Below are positions 17,639 to 28,684 of a stretch of 64,000 nucleotides of DNA, in pieces. Under the pieces are notes generated by a model. That model was not told where the DNA came from and made no database searches. It worked only from the letters and a program-made list of their open reading frames with translations. Where the stretch lies: positions 14,208-78,207 of the forward strand of contig DATKGN010000003.1 in the NCBI GenBank assembly GCA_035510735.1, in the 5' to 3' direction. This stretch comes from Patescibacteria group bacterium. GTDB lineage: Bacteria; Patescibacteriota; Microgenomatia; UBA10105; UBA927. The position numbers and the translations under genes were made by a program. The first letter of the stretch is position 1. Each line of letters starts with the position of its first letter.

Positions 17639-19000
17639 ATGACATACGATACCAGCGTTTTTAAAGATTACGATGTACGGGGCATGTATCCCGACCAACT
17701 TAACGGTGATGTTGCGCGCGCCATCGGCTACGCGATTGTCCGAAAGTTTCACCCCAAAACGGTCGCTATTTGCCGTGATATGCGCCTCTCGGGCGTTGAA
17801 ATACGGGACGGGCTCACCGATGCGTTTACGAAATGCGGCGTTAACGTGTTTGACGCGGGACTTACCGGTACGGAAATCTCATATTTTATTTCAGGGAGCC
17901 GGCCGTATGACATGTCGATTATGATTTCAGCCTCCCATAATCCTCCGCAATATAACGGACTTAAAATTGTTCTCAAGGGCCCGGTTGCTGTATCCGGCGA
18001 CTCGGGACTCAAAGATATTAGGGATATGTTATCGATGGATCCGCCGGAACCTGCGGCAGTACCCGGCAAGGTGACAGCGATTGATGTGTTTCCACAGTGG
18101 AAAAAGAAAGTATTGTCATTCTTCAAGCCTTCCGATTTCAAGCCCCTTAAGGTCGTTGTAGATGCCGGAAACGGAATGGCAGGGAAATTGGTACCGATGA
18201 TTTTTGACGGATTGCCATTTCATGTCACACCATTATATTTCGATCTGGACGGCAGGTTCCCGCATCATGTACCCAACCCTCTTGTTGAGACGAACAATAA
18301 AGATTTAATCGCGAAAATGAAAGAAGTCGGGGCCGATGTTGGCCTGACGTTTGACGGAGATGCCGACCGCGTTTTTTTCGTTGATGAGACCGGACGGTTC
18401 GTTTCAGGAACGCTCGTGACGGCCCTTCTTGCGCGGCAAATTCTCGCGACCCATAAAGGGGAGTACGTTTTGTATAGCGCCGTGTGCGGACGCGTGGTTC
18501 CTCAAATTATTGACAAAAATGGCGGGAAATCCATGCGGGTCCGCGTCGGCCACAGCTTCATGAAAAATTTTATGCGGCAGTATCATGCGATTTTTGCAGG
18601 CGAACACTCCGGCCATTATTATCACCGCGATTTTTACAATTCCGAATCGGGCGTCTTGACTGCCCTCATGGTGTTGTCGCTTATTTCTCATGACGGACGC
18701 AAATTTTCAGAACTTGTTCATGAAGTAGATTTGTATCCTGCAAGCGGGGAAATTAATTTTCAGGTGCCTAATATTCCCGACGTCGTTGAGATGATGCGGA
18801 AAACCCATGCGGACGCCAAAACGATCGACGATCTTGACGGGTTGAGTGTTTGGTACCAAACGTATTGGTTTAATATTCGTGCAAGTAAGACTGAACCACT
18901 CATCCGTCTCAACGTTGAGGCCGATACCAAAGAGATTTTGGATGTTCAAACGAAAGCATTAATAAGTAAAATTGCATCAATGGGAGGAGTGATCAAATGA
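17639..19000 (+). CDS. manB: Phosphomannomutase/phosphoglucomutase
   Basis: FKDYDVRG, MISASHNP, FDGDADR, GEHSGH. Confidence 0.93.
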   Translation: MTYDTSVFKDYDVRGMYPDQLNGDVARAIGYAIVRKFHPKTVAICRDMRLSGVEIRDGLTDAFTKCGVNVFDAGLTGTEISYFISGSRPYDMSIMISASHNPPQYNGLKIVLKGPVAVSGDSGLKDIRDMLSMDPPEPAAVPGKVTAIDVFPQWKKKVLSFFKPSDFKPLKVVVDAGNGMAGKLVPMIFDGLPFHVTPLYFDLDGRFPHHVPNPLVETNNKDLIAKMKEVGADVGLTFDGDADRVFFVDETGRFVSGTLVTALLARQILATHKGEYVLYSAVCGRVVPQIIDKNGGKSMRVRVGHSFMKNFMRQYHAIFAGEHSGHYYHRDFYNSESGVLTALMVLSLISHDGRKFSELVHEVDLYPASGEINFQVPNIPDVVEMMRKTHADAKTIDDLDGLSVWYQTYWFNIRASKTEPLIRLNVEADTKEILDVQTKALISKIASMGGVIK

Positions 19001-20067
19001 CGTCGCTTGATGATGCAGCCGCGATGGCAAAACTCGATCCTTCAAACGTCGTTGGGTCGACAGGGATGTTTCCCGAGCAGTGTAAACAGGCGTGGGAAGA
19101 AAGTTCTTCGATCGTATTTCCCAAGGCGTATGACAATATCTACAACATCGTTGTATGCGGTATGGGGGGCTCACGGTTTACTCCAAAGACGATTAAAGAA
19201 TTGTTCCGCGACCGCATCCATGAGCCGTACGAAATAGTCGAAGACTACACACTCCCTGATTATGTCGACCACGATACACTCGTTATTTTGTCCTCATTTT
19301 CAGGAACGACGGAAGAGGTGATTGCGTGCTCCAAAGACGCAATCAAGCGCGGCGCTCGGTTGACGGCGGTCGTTCAAGGCGGTCCGATAGGGCAAATGAT
19401 GCGCGACATGAAATTGCCGGCGTATATCTTTGATCCGAAGTTCAATCCGTGCGGCCAGCCGAGGATTGGTGGGGGATATCTCCTGATGGGGCATTTGGGA
19501 ATATTGAAGGCGCTTTCATTGATAGACATTACGAATGAAGAGGTCGCTGAGGCAATCGAATGGGCGCGTTTAATCGGAAAACCATACGGAGCGGAAGTAC
19601 CAACGGACAAAAATCCAGCCAAACTTCTTGCCTTGAAATTAAAAGACCAGCACCCGTTTATCATCACTGCAGAATTCTTAAAAGGCTTTGGCAATGCGTT
19701 TGCGAACCAAATCAACGAAACGGCGAAAATGATCTCAGATTACCGTTATATTTCGGAACTCAACCATCATCTGATGGAAGGACTGAAGCGGCCTGAAACA
19801 CTACACAAAAACGGTTTATTTGTTTTTGTAAAATCAGATCTTTACAGTGAGCCGATCAAAAAACGTTTTGCGATTACCGCCGAAGTGGTTGGCAAACAGC
19901 AGGTAAAAACGCTGGATATTACGCTTACCGGCAAAACAAAACTTGCCACAACGCTTGAAGCATTCACTCTTTCGGGTTTTACGACATTTTATATGGCAAT
20001 GCTTTATGACACGGATCCGGTCGCTATCCCCTGGGTCACCTACTTTAAAGAACAATTGGCAAAATAA
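18997..20067 (+). CDS. Bifunctional phosphoglucose/phosphomannose isomerase (SIS)
   Basis: GMGGS, SFSGTTEE, QPR, QINETAK, ELNHH. Confidence 0.85.
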   Translation: MTSLDDAAAMAKLDPSNVVGSTGMFPEQCKQAWEESSSIVFPKAYDNIYNIVVCGMGGSRFTPKTIKELFRDRIHEPYEIVEDYTLPDYVDHDTLVILSSFSGTTEEVIACSKDAIKRGARLTAVVQGGPIGQMMRDMKLPAYIFDPKFNPCGQPRIGGGYLLMGHLGILKALSLIDITNEEVAEAIEWARLIGKPYGAEVPTDKNPAKLLALKLKDQHPFIITAEFLKGFGNAFANQINETAKMISDYRYISELNHHLMEGLKRPETLHKNGLFVFVKSDLYSEPIKKRFAITAEVVGKQQVKTLDITLTGKTKLATTLEAFTLSGFTTFYMAMLYDTDPVAIPWVTYFKEQLAK

Positions 20068-20073
20068 CAGATA

Positions 20074-21642
20074 CTACATTTGGTCAGCGATTTTTATCGC
20101 TTCATTGATACGTTGTTCCATATGTCGTAAAGTCATGTTGTAAGGCATTGATTCTTCGAGCATCGTATAAAACCTTCTATTTATCCAATCTCTCTGGAAC
20201 GAGCTTGAAGGCCAACTAAATTCAGCGACCTCTAATTCAAGAATTTTTCTGTATAATTTCATACAAAAAGATTGGAGTTTGCTAGGTGCTAAAAGTGGAG
20301 CAATGATAGACAACGCCATTTTGTCGTCCAGGGTATGTGGATTTAGCTGGAGTATTCGCATAATATATTTCTTGGCTTCTACAGGGTTAATTTGGCTGTT
20401 TTTTAATTCAGAAAGCGTATCCGACTGATCAGCCAATGAAAACCAAGTAGTTATGTGACGGAGGCCTTTTGTAATAGTCGGCGATTCTCTGAAACCAACG
20501 ATTTTCATCGCATGATCAAGTCTCTGATTTAGTTGCTCATTTGTGATTCCTGAAGGAGCCGTAGCTATTATTTTCTGCTGAAAAATTTTCTTTGTTTCCT
20601 CTAATCGAAAATTTCCGGGTTGTGTATATTCAGCCATTTCAAGCTCAGTTACTAAGCGTGAAAGTATTGCACCCTGAGCAAATTTATACCCGGTGTGTCG
20701 ACGCACTGAAAGGAGCTTTTGTGTCATTACATCATATTTACCCAATTCACTGGATATGTTTGATAAAGAATCAGAAAGTCTTAATGCATCTATCATTTCG
20801 TGGACTTTATAGTCATCTTTTATATTTTTTATACCCTCGGTGATGGCAGCAGCACTTAACGCAACAGCAGCTGCCAATGCAGTATTTGATGCTATTTGAG
20901 CATATTCGGGGTAATGTTTAGATGCTAATTCCATTGTCATATATAAACCAATTACAGTAGAATTCCATAATGAATGGGATAGAATAGAGCGTTTAATTCC
21001 ACCCTCAGCTGCAAGCTTCGTTTGGAACGATGCCCATAGAAATTTTGAGAGAAACGGGGCATTCACAAACTGGTATGACTTCCAGGTTAAGTCAGAAATT
21101 GAAGACACAACTTTATCACTTATAGGTAGAATTTTACCGAATGGTTCGGCATCTTTAGGATTATGCCCAGAAGCAAACAGCGTGTTTACATAGTATCTCC
21201 CGTATGCAGGGTATAGTTCTTTTTCAGAACCTAATGTTTTAACAAGAAAGTCAGCGGGTAGTCCACGAAACACAAACTCCTCTATTAAAGGCGCGGTAAC
21301 GATAGCTTGTAAAATTATAGTGTATTGTTGGGCAGTGAGATTCAGGTCGATAGCGGAGGCCGTTATTGCAGTTAAGCCTAATCCGATGGTGAGCCCAGCT
21401 ATTCGTCCATATGTATCCATACTTGATGTATTTTGTTTAAATTCAGAAGGCGCCGCGAGAGTCAGCTCTCTGGCCATATCTCGTGCTCTGTCCATAAATT
21501 TGTCAATCACATCGGCGGGTATTTGATTTGTTAATCTATCTCGTTTGGAATGTAATAGGTCTTCGAATTCTATGAGCGCATTCGGTTCAGGATTTATGGC
21601 ATTTTGAGGTTCTCGTAGCGTACTTTTATCGAGATTGTTCAT
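20074..21642 (-). CDS. Protein with CPBP/Abi intramembrane protease-like domain plus C-terminal extension
   Basis: APLIEEFVFRG, LFASGH, SHSLWN motifs. Confidence 0.6.
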   Translation of the reverse strand: MNNLDKSTLREPQNAINPEPNALIEFEDLLHSKRDRLTNQIPADVIDKFMDRARDMARELTLAAPSEFKQNTSSMDTYGRIAGLTIGLGLTAITASAIDLNLTAQQYTIILQAIVTAPLIEEFVFRGLPADFLVKTLGSEKELYPAYGRYYVNTLFASGHNPKDAEPFGKILPISDKVVSSISDLTWKSYQFVNAPFLSKFLWASFQTKLAAEGGIKRSILSHSLWNSTVIGLYMTMELASKHYPEYAQIASNTALAAAVALSAAAITEGIKNIKDDYKVHEMIDALRLSDSLSNISSELGKYDVMTQKLLSVRRHTGYKFAQGAILSRLVTELEMAEYTQPGNFRLEETKKIFQQKIIATAPSGITNEQLNQRLDHAMKIVGFRESPTITKGLRHITTWFSLADQSDTLSELKNSQINPVEAKKYIMRILQLNPHTLDDKMALSIIAPLLAPSKLQSFCMKLYRKILELEVAEFSWPSSSFQRDWINRRFYTMLEESMPYNMTLRHMEQRINEAIKIADQM

Positions 21643-21903
21643 GAAAGTATATTAATATTATCTCTGTTGGCGACGGACTTACGATATACATCTTAAGCAT
21701 ACCCGATTTGTTGAGAATTCTATTTAGACATATTGGTTTAATAATACTTATGTAATAATACTTATGTCAAACTTAGCACTTGCACAATCGATAAAATTTA
21801 TCCATACTGGTTATATGAGAGGGTATAACTTCAAACGGGTCTTCTTACATCAATCAACAGACATATATAGTATTCACAATAGTTTTAGAAGGGAGATATC
21901 TCT

Positions 21904-24156
21904 ATGACAGCGCCATTTGTTGTTTGGTTTAAGGATATTGATAAAGGAGACGGAGCAACTGTCGGTGGAAAAGGCGCTAATCTGGGTGAAATGACCAGAG
22001 CCGGATTTCCGGTGCCTCCCGGGTTTGTCGTGACTGTCCACGCCTATCAGGCATTTTTAGACGCAACCCATATCAAAAGTAAAATGGAGGAAGCGCTTCA
22101 TGGTTTGGATGTTTCAGACAGTAAAGCACTGGAGGAAGCGGCCAAAAAAGCGGAGCACATTATCACTCGCAGTGAATTTCCGAAAGAAATAGCGACAGAA
22201 ATTATTAATGCTTATTTTAAGTTAAGCGGCGGAAGTTTGAAGCACGCGCTTGTGGCCGTACGATCATCAGCTACCGCTGAAGATCTTGCCGGCGCGTCAT
22301 TTGCCGGTCAACAGGCGACATTTTTAAATGTCAGCGGAGAAGCAAATCTTATTGAAAAAGTCAAAGAAGCGTGGGCTTCGCTTTTTACCGCGAGGGCCAT
22401 ATTTTACCGCCAGACGAACAAATTTGATCATTTTAAGGTTGGCATCGCCGTTCCGGTTCAAAAAATGGTTGAATCGGAAAAATCAGGAATTATGTTTACA
22501 CTTAATCCTGTCACGAATGATAAAAGCCGTGTGACCATTGAGGCAATATTCGGTTTAGGTGAAATGATCGTTCAGGGCGCAGTGACCCCGGATCATTACG
22601 AAGTGGATAAAGCAACCGATAAGATTATTGTCAATGAGCCCCATGTTCAGGAAAAGCAGATGATTCGAAAAGGCGGAGCCAACCACATCCTTCCTTTGAC
22701 GAAGGCTGAGGGCGGAAAAACGAAGCTGACCGACGAGGAAATCGTGGCAATTGCCAATCTCGGAAAAAGGTTGGAAAAACATTATTACTTTCCGCAGGAC
22801 AGTGAATGGGCTGTTGAGGGCGGCAAGATTTACCTTGTTCAGACAAGGCCGATTACGACGATCGGTAAGGAAGCGGTTAAACAATCTGTTGTCCAGGCCG
22901 AAGTTTTTGCCAAAGGCGACCCAGCAAGTCCCGGTATGGCATCAGGCCCGGTGAAAATATTATTGTCAGCCAAAGAAATCGGCAAAATTGTAACCGGCGA
23001 CGTACTTGTTGCCGAGCAGACGAATCCTGATTTCGTTCCTGCCATGCGCAAAGCCGTCGCAATTGTGACGGAGCGCGGCGGTCGTACATCTCATGCAGCA
23101 ATTGTGTCGCGGGAGCTTGGTATTCCTGCGGTTGTCGGAGCCAAGGACGTCCGTAAATTACTGAAAGACGGTATGGTGATCACGGTGAACGGAACGACGG
23201 GAGAAGTGTATAAAGGGTCTGTACATCAGGCTACACCAACTCAAATTAAGGTTGCCCATCAGGAACACATGAAAACGGCGACCAAAGTATATGTGAATTT
23301 GGCAGAGCCAAGCCGTGCGGAGGTGGTGTCAAAAATGAATGCAGACGGCGTCGGATTACTGCGCGCTGAATTCATGATCGCCGATATTGGCACCCATCCT
23401 AAGAAATTGATTGCGGATCATAAAGAACATGTGTTTATCGATACGCTTGCGGAAAAAATATCAATATTCTGTTCTACATTTTCACCGCGGCCGGTTGTCT
23501 ATAGAGCCACGGATTTTAAAACCAATGAGTACAGAAATCTCAAGGGCGGGCAGGCATTTGAACCGGAAGAGCCCAATCCGATGCTGGGATTCAGAGGCGC
23601 CGCCCGGTATGTCGCTGATTCACGGGTTTTTGAGATGGAACTTGAGGCGATAAAAAAAGTAAGACATCACCATGAAAACCTGCATCTCATGATTCCGTTT
23701 GTGAGGAATCCCAAAGAACTCATGGATGTCAAAAAGCTTATGGAGGCCAGCGGATTGTCAAGGTCGTCTAAGTTTAAGTTATGGCTCATGTGTGAGATAC
23801 CGACTAATGTCATACGTCTTAATGATTTTCTTGATGTTGGCATTGACGGAGTTTCCATTGGTTCTAATGATCTGACGATGCTTGTATTGGGTACGGACCG
23901 CGATAATAGCGAGGTCGCTCATGATTTTTCGGAAATGGATCCTGCGGTTCTGTGGGCTTTTGAACACGTGGTGAAGACATGTGTCAAACGCGGTGTGACC
24001 TGCTCGATGTGCGGGCAGGCGCCGTCCGATTATCCCGATCTTGTGGAAAAGCTGGTCTCATGGGGCATTACAAGCGTATCGGTGAATCCCGACGCTATTG
24101 ACCACGTGCGGGAGACGATTTACGAATCTGAGAAGAAATTAGTTCATCATAAATAA
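21904..24156 (+). CDS. ppsA: Phosphoenolpyruvate synthase
   Basis: VGGKGANLGE, AVRSSATAED, GGRTSHAAIVSRE, GVGLLRAE, EEPNPMLGFRG, SIGSNDLT. Confidence 0.95.
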   Translation: MTAPFVVWFKDIDKGDGATVGGKGANLGEMTRAGFPVPPGFVVTVHAYQAFLDATHIKSKMEEALHGLDVSDSKALEEAAKKAEHIITRSEFPKEIATEIINAYFKLSGGSLKHALVAVRSSATAEDLAGASFAGQQATFLNVSGEANLIEKVKEAWASLFTARAIFYRQTNKFDHFKVGIAVPVQKMVESEKSGIMFTLNPVTNDKSRVTIEAIFGLGEMIVQGAVTPDHYEVDKATDKIIVNEPHVQEKQMIRKGGANHILPLTKAEGGKTKLTDEEIVAIANLGKRLEKHYYFPQDSEWAVEGGKIYLVQTRPITTIGKEAVKQSVVQAEVFAKGDPASPGMASGPVKILLSAKEIGKIVTGDVLVAEQTNPDFVPAMRKAVAIVTERGGRTSHAAIVSRELGIPAVVGAKDVRKLLKDGMVITVNGTTGEVYKGSVHQATPTQIKVAHQEHMKTATKVYVNLAEPSRAEVVSKMNADGVGLLRAEFMIADIGTHPKKLIADHKEHVFIDTLAEKISIFCSTFSPRPVVYRATDFKTNEYRNLKGGQAFEPEEPNPMLGFRGAARYVADSRVFEMELEAIKKVRHHHENLHLMIPFVRNPKELMDVKKLMEASGLSRSSKFKLWLMCEIPTNVIRLNDFLDVGIDGVSIGSNDLTMLVLGTDRDNSEVAHDFSEMDPAVLWAFEHVVKTCVKRGVTCSMCGQAPSDYPDLVEKLVSWGITSVSVNPDAIDHVRETIYESEKKLVHHK

Positions 24157-24159
24157 TAT

Positions 24160-25428
24160 ATGGATGGCTCAAAAATTTATTCCGTCACAGCGCGGGAAAT
24201 TCTTGATTCCCGTGGCAACCCGACGCTCGAAACAACGGTGATTTTAGAGAGCGGTTACCGCGCGACTTCGGGTGTTCCTTCTGGCGCGTCAGTCGGGAAA
24301 TACGAGGCGGTAGAGCTCCGCGATGGAGATAACAAACGGTATAACGGAAAAGGCGTGCTTAAAGCAGTAGAAAATGTTAATACTGTCATCGCCCCTAAAT
24401 TAAAAGGCTTGGATGCAACGGATCAGGGAGCAATCGATAAACTTATGATTGACCTTGACGGTACGCCGAATAAGGCAAAATTGGGCGCCAACAGTATTTT
24501 GGGTGTCTCTCTGGCCGCAGCTGCTGCATCGGCGAATCTGGAGCGTGTGCCCTTGTATCAATATCTTAATATCCTCGCAAACAACGGTAAACCATCGCGA
24601 ATGGTCAAAATCCCTACACCGACGTTTAACGTGATAAACGGCGGTAAACATGGTGGCGGCAACCTGGATTTTCAGGAATACCATATAGTACCGGCGACAA
24701 ACAAGCCGTTTCGCGACGCGCTCCGCATGGGAGTCGAGTTGTATCATGCCGTAAAACAATTACTCATTAATAGAGGAGCAGCACACTCAACCGGCGACGA
24801 AGGCGGATTCGCACCGAATTTGTCAACAAATATGGATCCACTGGAAGTGTTAAATGAAGCGATCAGGACAAGTACATACCGTTTTGGGGTGGATGTTTTT
24901 TTCGGTCTTGATATCGCTGCAACGTCATTTAAAAGTGACCGAGGGTATCAGATCAAAGACCGGCCCGTTGCCTACCGGACCCAGGAATTTATTTCCTATA
25001 TCAAAGAATTACATAAAATTTATCGGTTGCTTATTCTTGAGGATCCGCTCGGCGAAGATGATTGGGACGGTTGGATAGAAATTAACAGTGATTTAGGCCG
25101 AGAGATGCTGATTGTGGGAGATGACCTTTTAACCACAAATCCTGAACGGCTGAAACACGCGATTGAAAAACATGCATGTTCTGCCATTCTTTTAAAACCT
25201 AATCAAATCGGAACACTGACGGAATTTTTATCGGTCGTTGCTCTTGCAAAGAAGAATGATATTAAATGCATTGTTTCCCATAGAAGCGGTGAAACGAATG
25301 ATACCTTCATATCAGATCTTGCCGTTGCCATACAATCAGACTATGTAAAGTTCGGCGCACCGGCTCGTGGTGAACGCGTAGCGAAATATAACAGGCTACT
25401 TCAAATTGAGTCTGAATTATCTCTGTAA
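24160..25428 (+). CDS. eno: Enolase
   Basis: REILDSRGNPT, GDEGGFAP, VGDDL, SHRSGET, RGERVAKYN. Confidence 0.97.
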   Translation: MDGSKIYSVTAREILDSRGNPTLETTVILESGYRATSGVPSGASVGKYEAVELRDGDNKRYNGKGVLKAVENVNTVIAPKLKGLDATDQGAIDKLMIDLDGTPNKAKLGANSILGVSLAAAAASANLERVPLYQYLNILANNGKPSRMVKIPTPTFNVINGGKHGGGNLDFQEYHIVPATNKPFRDALRMGVELYHAVKQLLINRGAAHSTGDEGGFAPNLSTNMDPLEVLNEAIRTSTYRFGVDVFFGLDIAATSFKSDRGYQIKDRPVAYRTQEFISYIKELHKIYRLLILEDPLGEDDWDGWIEINSDLGREMLIVGDDLLTTNPERLKHAIEKHACSAILLKPNQIGTLTEFLSVVALAKKNDIKCIVSHRSGETNDTFISDLAVAIQSDYVKFGAPARGERVAKYNRLLQIESELSL

Positions 25429-25574
25429 GAGTTAATTTCTGGTACTTGCGTTAGATAAATGAGCATGATACGGTAGATATGTTACGAGGATTCCTGCCCA
25501 CCACTAATCCGCGAGCGGGTTTCTTCATCTGTAAAGAAAAAAACGTAATAGGTTTTCTATAAAGGAGGAGCGCT

Positions 25575-26681
25575 ATGAAGGTTACTATTTCAGTTATCAA
25601 AGCAGACACGGGTTCTGTGGGCGGTCATAATAAACCCAGTGAGCCGATGGTTGCAAAAGCCAAGGAACGAGTGGCCGAAGGACTAAAAAGCGGTCTATTG
25701 ACGGATGGAAGAGTGACATACACCGGCGATGATATCGCGCTCCTTATGATTCACGCACGGGGTATTGATAATCCGGATATTCATAAATTTGCATGGGATA
25801 CGTTCGTTGAAACGACAAAAATAGCCAAAAGCCAGGGGCTTTATGGTGCCGGTCAGGATCTTCTCAAAGATGCATTTTCGGGAAACGTTCGGGGTATGGG
25901 CCCGGGTTCTGCCGAAATGGAAATCGATGAGCGTCCCGCTGAGCCTTTTATCGTATTTGCCGGGGATAAATGCGGACCGGGTGTGTTTAATTACCCGCTT
26001 TTTGAATGTTTCGCCAATCCGTATCATAACGCAGGATTGCTCCTCGCGCCTGAGATGAACGCGGGATTTACGTATAACATCATGGATGTTAATTACACGG
26101 AAGCAGATAAAGTAGTCACACTCAAAGTTCCGGTCGATTATTATGACATCTGCACACTCTTACGTGATCCAAACCACTACGTTATAGAGAGCGTAATCGA
26201 GAATGCAACCGGGCTTACGGCTGCCGTTGCATCGACAAGCAGGCTCCATAATATAGCGGGTAAATATGTTGGCAAAGACGATCCGGTCGCTATTGTCCGA
26301 ACGCAAAAGCAGTTTCCGTCAACTGGCGAGATATTATCGCCATGGGCGCTTGCTCACTACACACTCGGTGACAACCGGGGTAGTCATCATGTCGCCGTTA
26401 TGCCGGTCAAGCAAAATACGATTATTTCATATTTTGACGGTCCGACCATTATGTCGGCAGCAGGATACTGTGTTCATGAAGGAAAACTGACCGAGGCGGT
26501 AGATTATTTCGATCAGCCATTTTGGGATCTTATCCGCGAAAAGGCGTCCAAAAAGACGCTCGAAATTCGGGCACAGGGTTTCTATGGACCGTCAATGGCG
26601 GCTATGGATGAGCTTGAGTATACGGGAGTTATGGAAAACCTCAAGCGTTTAGGCCAAAAATTCACAGTTCGTGCAAAATAA
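25575..26681 (+). CDS. fbp: Fructose-1,6-bisphosphate aldolase/phosphatase (class V FBPase)
   Basis: SVIKAD.GS.GGH, GDDI.L, LYGAGQDLL, GNVRGMGPG, RL.NIAGKYVGKDDP, RGSH. Confidence 0.93.
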   Translation: MKVTISVIKADTGSVGGHNKPSEPMVAKAKERVAEGLKSGLLTDGRVTYTGDDIALLMIHARGIDNPDIHKFAWDTFVETTKIAKSQGLYGAGQDLLKDAFSGNVRGMGPGSAEMEIDERPAEPFIVFAGDKCGPGVFNYPLFECFANPYHNAGLLLAPEMNAGFTYNIMDVNYTEADKVVTLKVPVDYYDICTLLRDPNHYVIESVIENATGLTAAVASTSRLHNIAGKYVGKDDPVAIVRTQKQFPSTGEILSPWALAHYTLGDNRGSHHVAVMPVKQNTIISYFDGPTIMSAAGYCVHEGKLTEAVDYFDQPFWDLIREKASKKTLEIRAQGFYGPSMAAMDELEYTGVMENLKRLGQKFTVRAK

Positions 26682-26683
26682 CG

Positions 26684-28426
26684 TTGCTTATGGATACACC
26701 TCCAGCCGAATTTATTCGGAAAGATAAAGCGTCCTTTCGGGTGGCCCCGAATCTGCCTGATTACGAGGTGGCCACGAAGTCGAATCCATGGGATGCAATC
26801 AAAGGAGAGTTAACGTATTTTGACGATGGTGGAGTGAACCTTGCATATAACGCCATCGACCGGCATGTCGGAACTCCTATTGAAGGGAAAATGGCACTTC
26901 TCTGGGAGGGAGATAACGGGGCTACGGCGCACTACACATTCGGTGAGATGGCGCGACTATCCAATCAATATGCTAATTTCCTGACCGGTCTCGGAGTTGT
27001 GAAAGGGGACCGTGTGTTTATGTTTCTCCCCAGGATTCCGGTGTTATATGCGGCGTTTTTAGGCATATTGAAGACGGGCGCGATCGCGGGAAGTCTATTC
27101 AGCGCATTTCAGGAACAGGCGCTCGTTGACCGGCTTGCAAACAGTGAAGCGAAGGTCTTATTTACCACAAAGGAACTCTCTTCACGATTAGCCAATGCAA
27201 AGGAAAAGCTCCCGAAATTGGAACATATTGTTATCGTTGACAGCCCGGAGTTTTTAGGCGGGATTGCCAAACAGAAAGATACCTTTTCCTGCGTCCACAC
27301 AAAGCCTGAAGATTATTCGTTCATGCTCTATACCTCAGGAACGACCGGTAAACCCAAAGGTGTTGTACATGTGCACAAAGGGATTCTCCATGAGTATGTG
27401 ACGGCAAAATGGGTTTTGGACCTTCATCCTGACGATATCTATTGGTGCACAGCTGACCCGGGCTGGGTCACGGGCATCGTATATGGCATATTGGCCCCCT
27501 GGATGCTCGGAGTGACGATGGTTGTCCATGCGGGACGGTTTGATCCGGATGTGTGGTACTCGCTCCTTGAAAAATATAAAGTAACCGTCTGGTATACAGC
27601 GCCCACAGCGATCCGGATGCTTATGGCAAAAGGTGAAGAACCCGTGAAAGCACATAACCTTACCTCACTTCGTCATTTGTGCAGCGTTGGCGAACCTCTT
27701 AATCCCGAAGCGATACGTTGGGGAGTTAAAGTATTTGGCCTTGCCTTTCACGATACCTGGTGGCAGACCGAAACCGGTGGGCAGATGATGGTCAATTTCC
27801 CGTGCACCGATATAAAAGTGGGTTCGATGGGGCGGCCGTTTCCCGGCATTGAGGCGGCAATTGTGGATGACAAGGGAAACGTGCTCGCTGATAAAACCGA
27901 AGGGAATCTGGCGTTTAGGCCCGGCTGGCCGTCCATGATGGTCACGGTTTGGCAAAATGAGGAAAAGTATAAGTCGTATTTCGTAAACGGCTGGTACATA
28001 TCCGGCGACCACGCATGGAGGGATGAGGGCGGGTATTATTGGTTTATCGGACGGGCCGATGATGTCATCAAAACCTCGGGCGAGCGGGTTGGTCCGTTTG
28101 AGGTGGAGTCAGCGCTTGTTGAGCACCCGGCAGTTGCAGAGGCCGGTGTTATCGGTAAACCTGATGAACTCCGCGGTGAGATCGTCAAAGCATTCGTCGT
28201 TCTTAAAGATCCGAAAAAATATAGCGATACCGCTTCCCAGGAAGCGCTCAAAAAAGAACTCGCAGATTTTGTAAAAAAGCACCTTGCAGGACACGCATAT
28301 CCGAGGGAAATATCATTTATCGATAAATTGCCAAAAACGAGAAGCGGGAAAATCATGCGCCGGATCCTCAAAGCCCAGGAATTAGGGCAGCCCATCGGCG
28401 ACACCTCAACACTTGAAGAATATTAA
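26684..28426 (+). CDS. acsA: Acetate--CoA ligase
   Basis: YTSGTTGKPKG, ADPGWVTG, DTWWQTETG, LPKTRSGKIMRR, GDTSTLE. Confidence 0.93.
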   Translation: MLMDTPPAEFIRKDKASFRVAPNLPDYEVATKSNPWDAIKGELTYFDDGGVNLAYNAIDRHVGTPIEGKMALLWEGDNGATAHYTFGEMARLSNQYANFLTGLGVVKGDRVFMFLPRIPVLYAAFLGILKTGAIAGSLFSAFQEQALVDRLANSEAKVLFTTKELSSRLANAKEKLPKLEHIVIVDSPEFLGGIAKQKDTFSCVHTKPEDYSFMLYTSGTTGKPKGVVHVHKGILHEYVTAKWVLDLHPDDIYWCTADPGWVTGIVYGILAPWMLGVTMVVHAGRFDPDVWYSLLEKYKVTVWYTAPTAIRMLMAKGEEPVKAHNLTSLRHLCSVGEPLNPEAIRWGVKVFGLAFHDTWWQTETGGQMMVNFPCTDIKVGSMGRPFPGIEAAIVDDKGNVLADKTEGNLAFRPGWPSMMVTVWQNEEKYKSYFVNGWYISGDHAWRDEGGYYWFIGRADDVIKTSGERVGPFEVESALVEHPAVAEAGVIGKPDELRGEIVKAFVVLKDPKKYSDTASQEALKKELADFVKKHLAGHAYPREISFIDKLPKTRSGKIMRRILKAQELGQPIGDTSTLEEY

Positions 28427-28447
28427 TGACTCTCTTATAATCCCCTC

Positions 28448-28684
28448 ATGACAATCGAGTATAAGGAGGTTGACAATTTAGATCCTCCTTTTTGGGAATG
28501 CGTAACCTGTACATCAGCGGGAAGGTCTGGTGGTTATTCGGATGGAACACTTGAAAAGGTATTAGAAGATGCAGGAACCCATAACGTAGTTTTCGGTTTC
28601 CATAACATAACGGTTTACCTACGTACGGGTACAAAACCATCAGATGCAAGTGAGAATATCATCACAGACCAGCCGATGAATTAA
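28448..28684 (+). CDS. Small hypothetical protein (CxxC)
   Basis: 78 aa, TATAAT upstream. Confidence 0.4.
   Translation: MTIEYKEVDNLDPPFWECVTCTSAGRSGGYSDGTLEKVLEDAGTHNVVFGFHNITVYLRTGTKPSDASENIITDQPMN

Noticed and set aside
25480-25560. Possible riboswitch upstream of fbp
   Set aside because: Weak hairpins only; no recognisable aptamer consensus. An Rfam scan would be needed.
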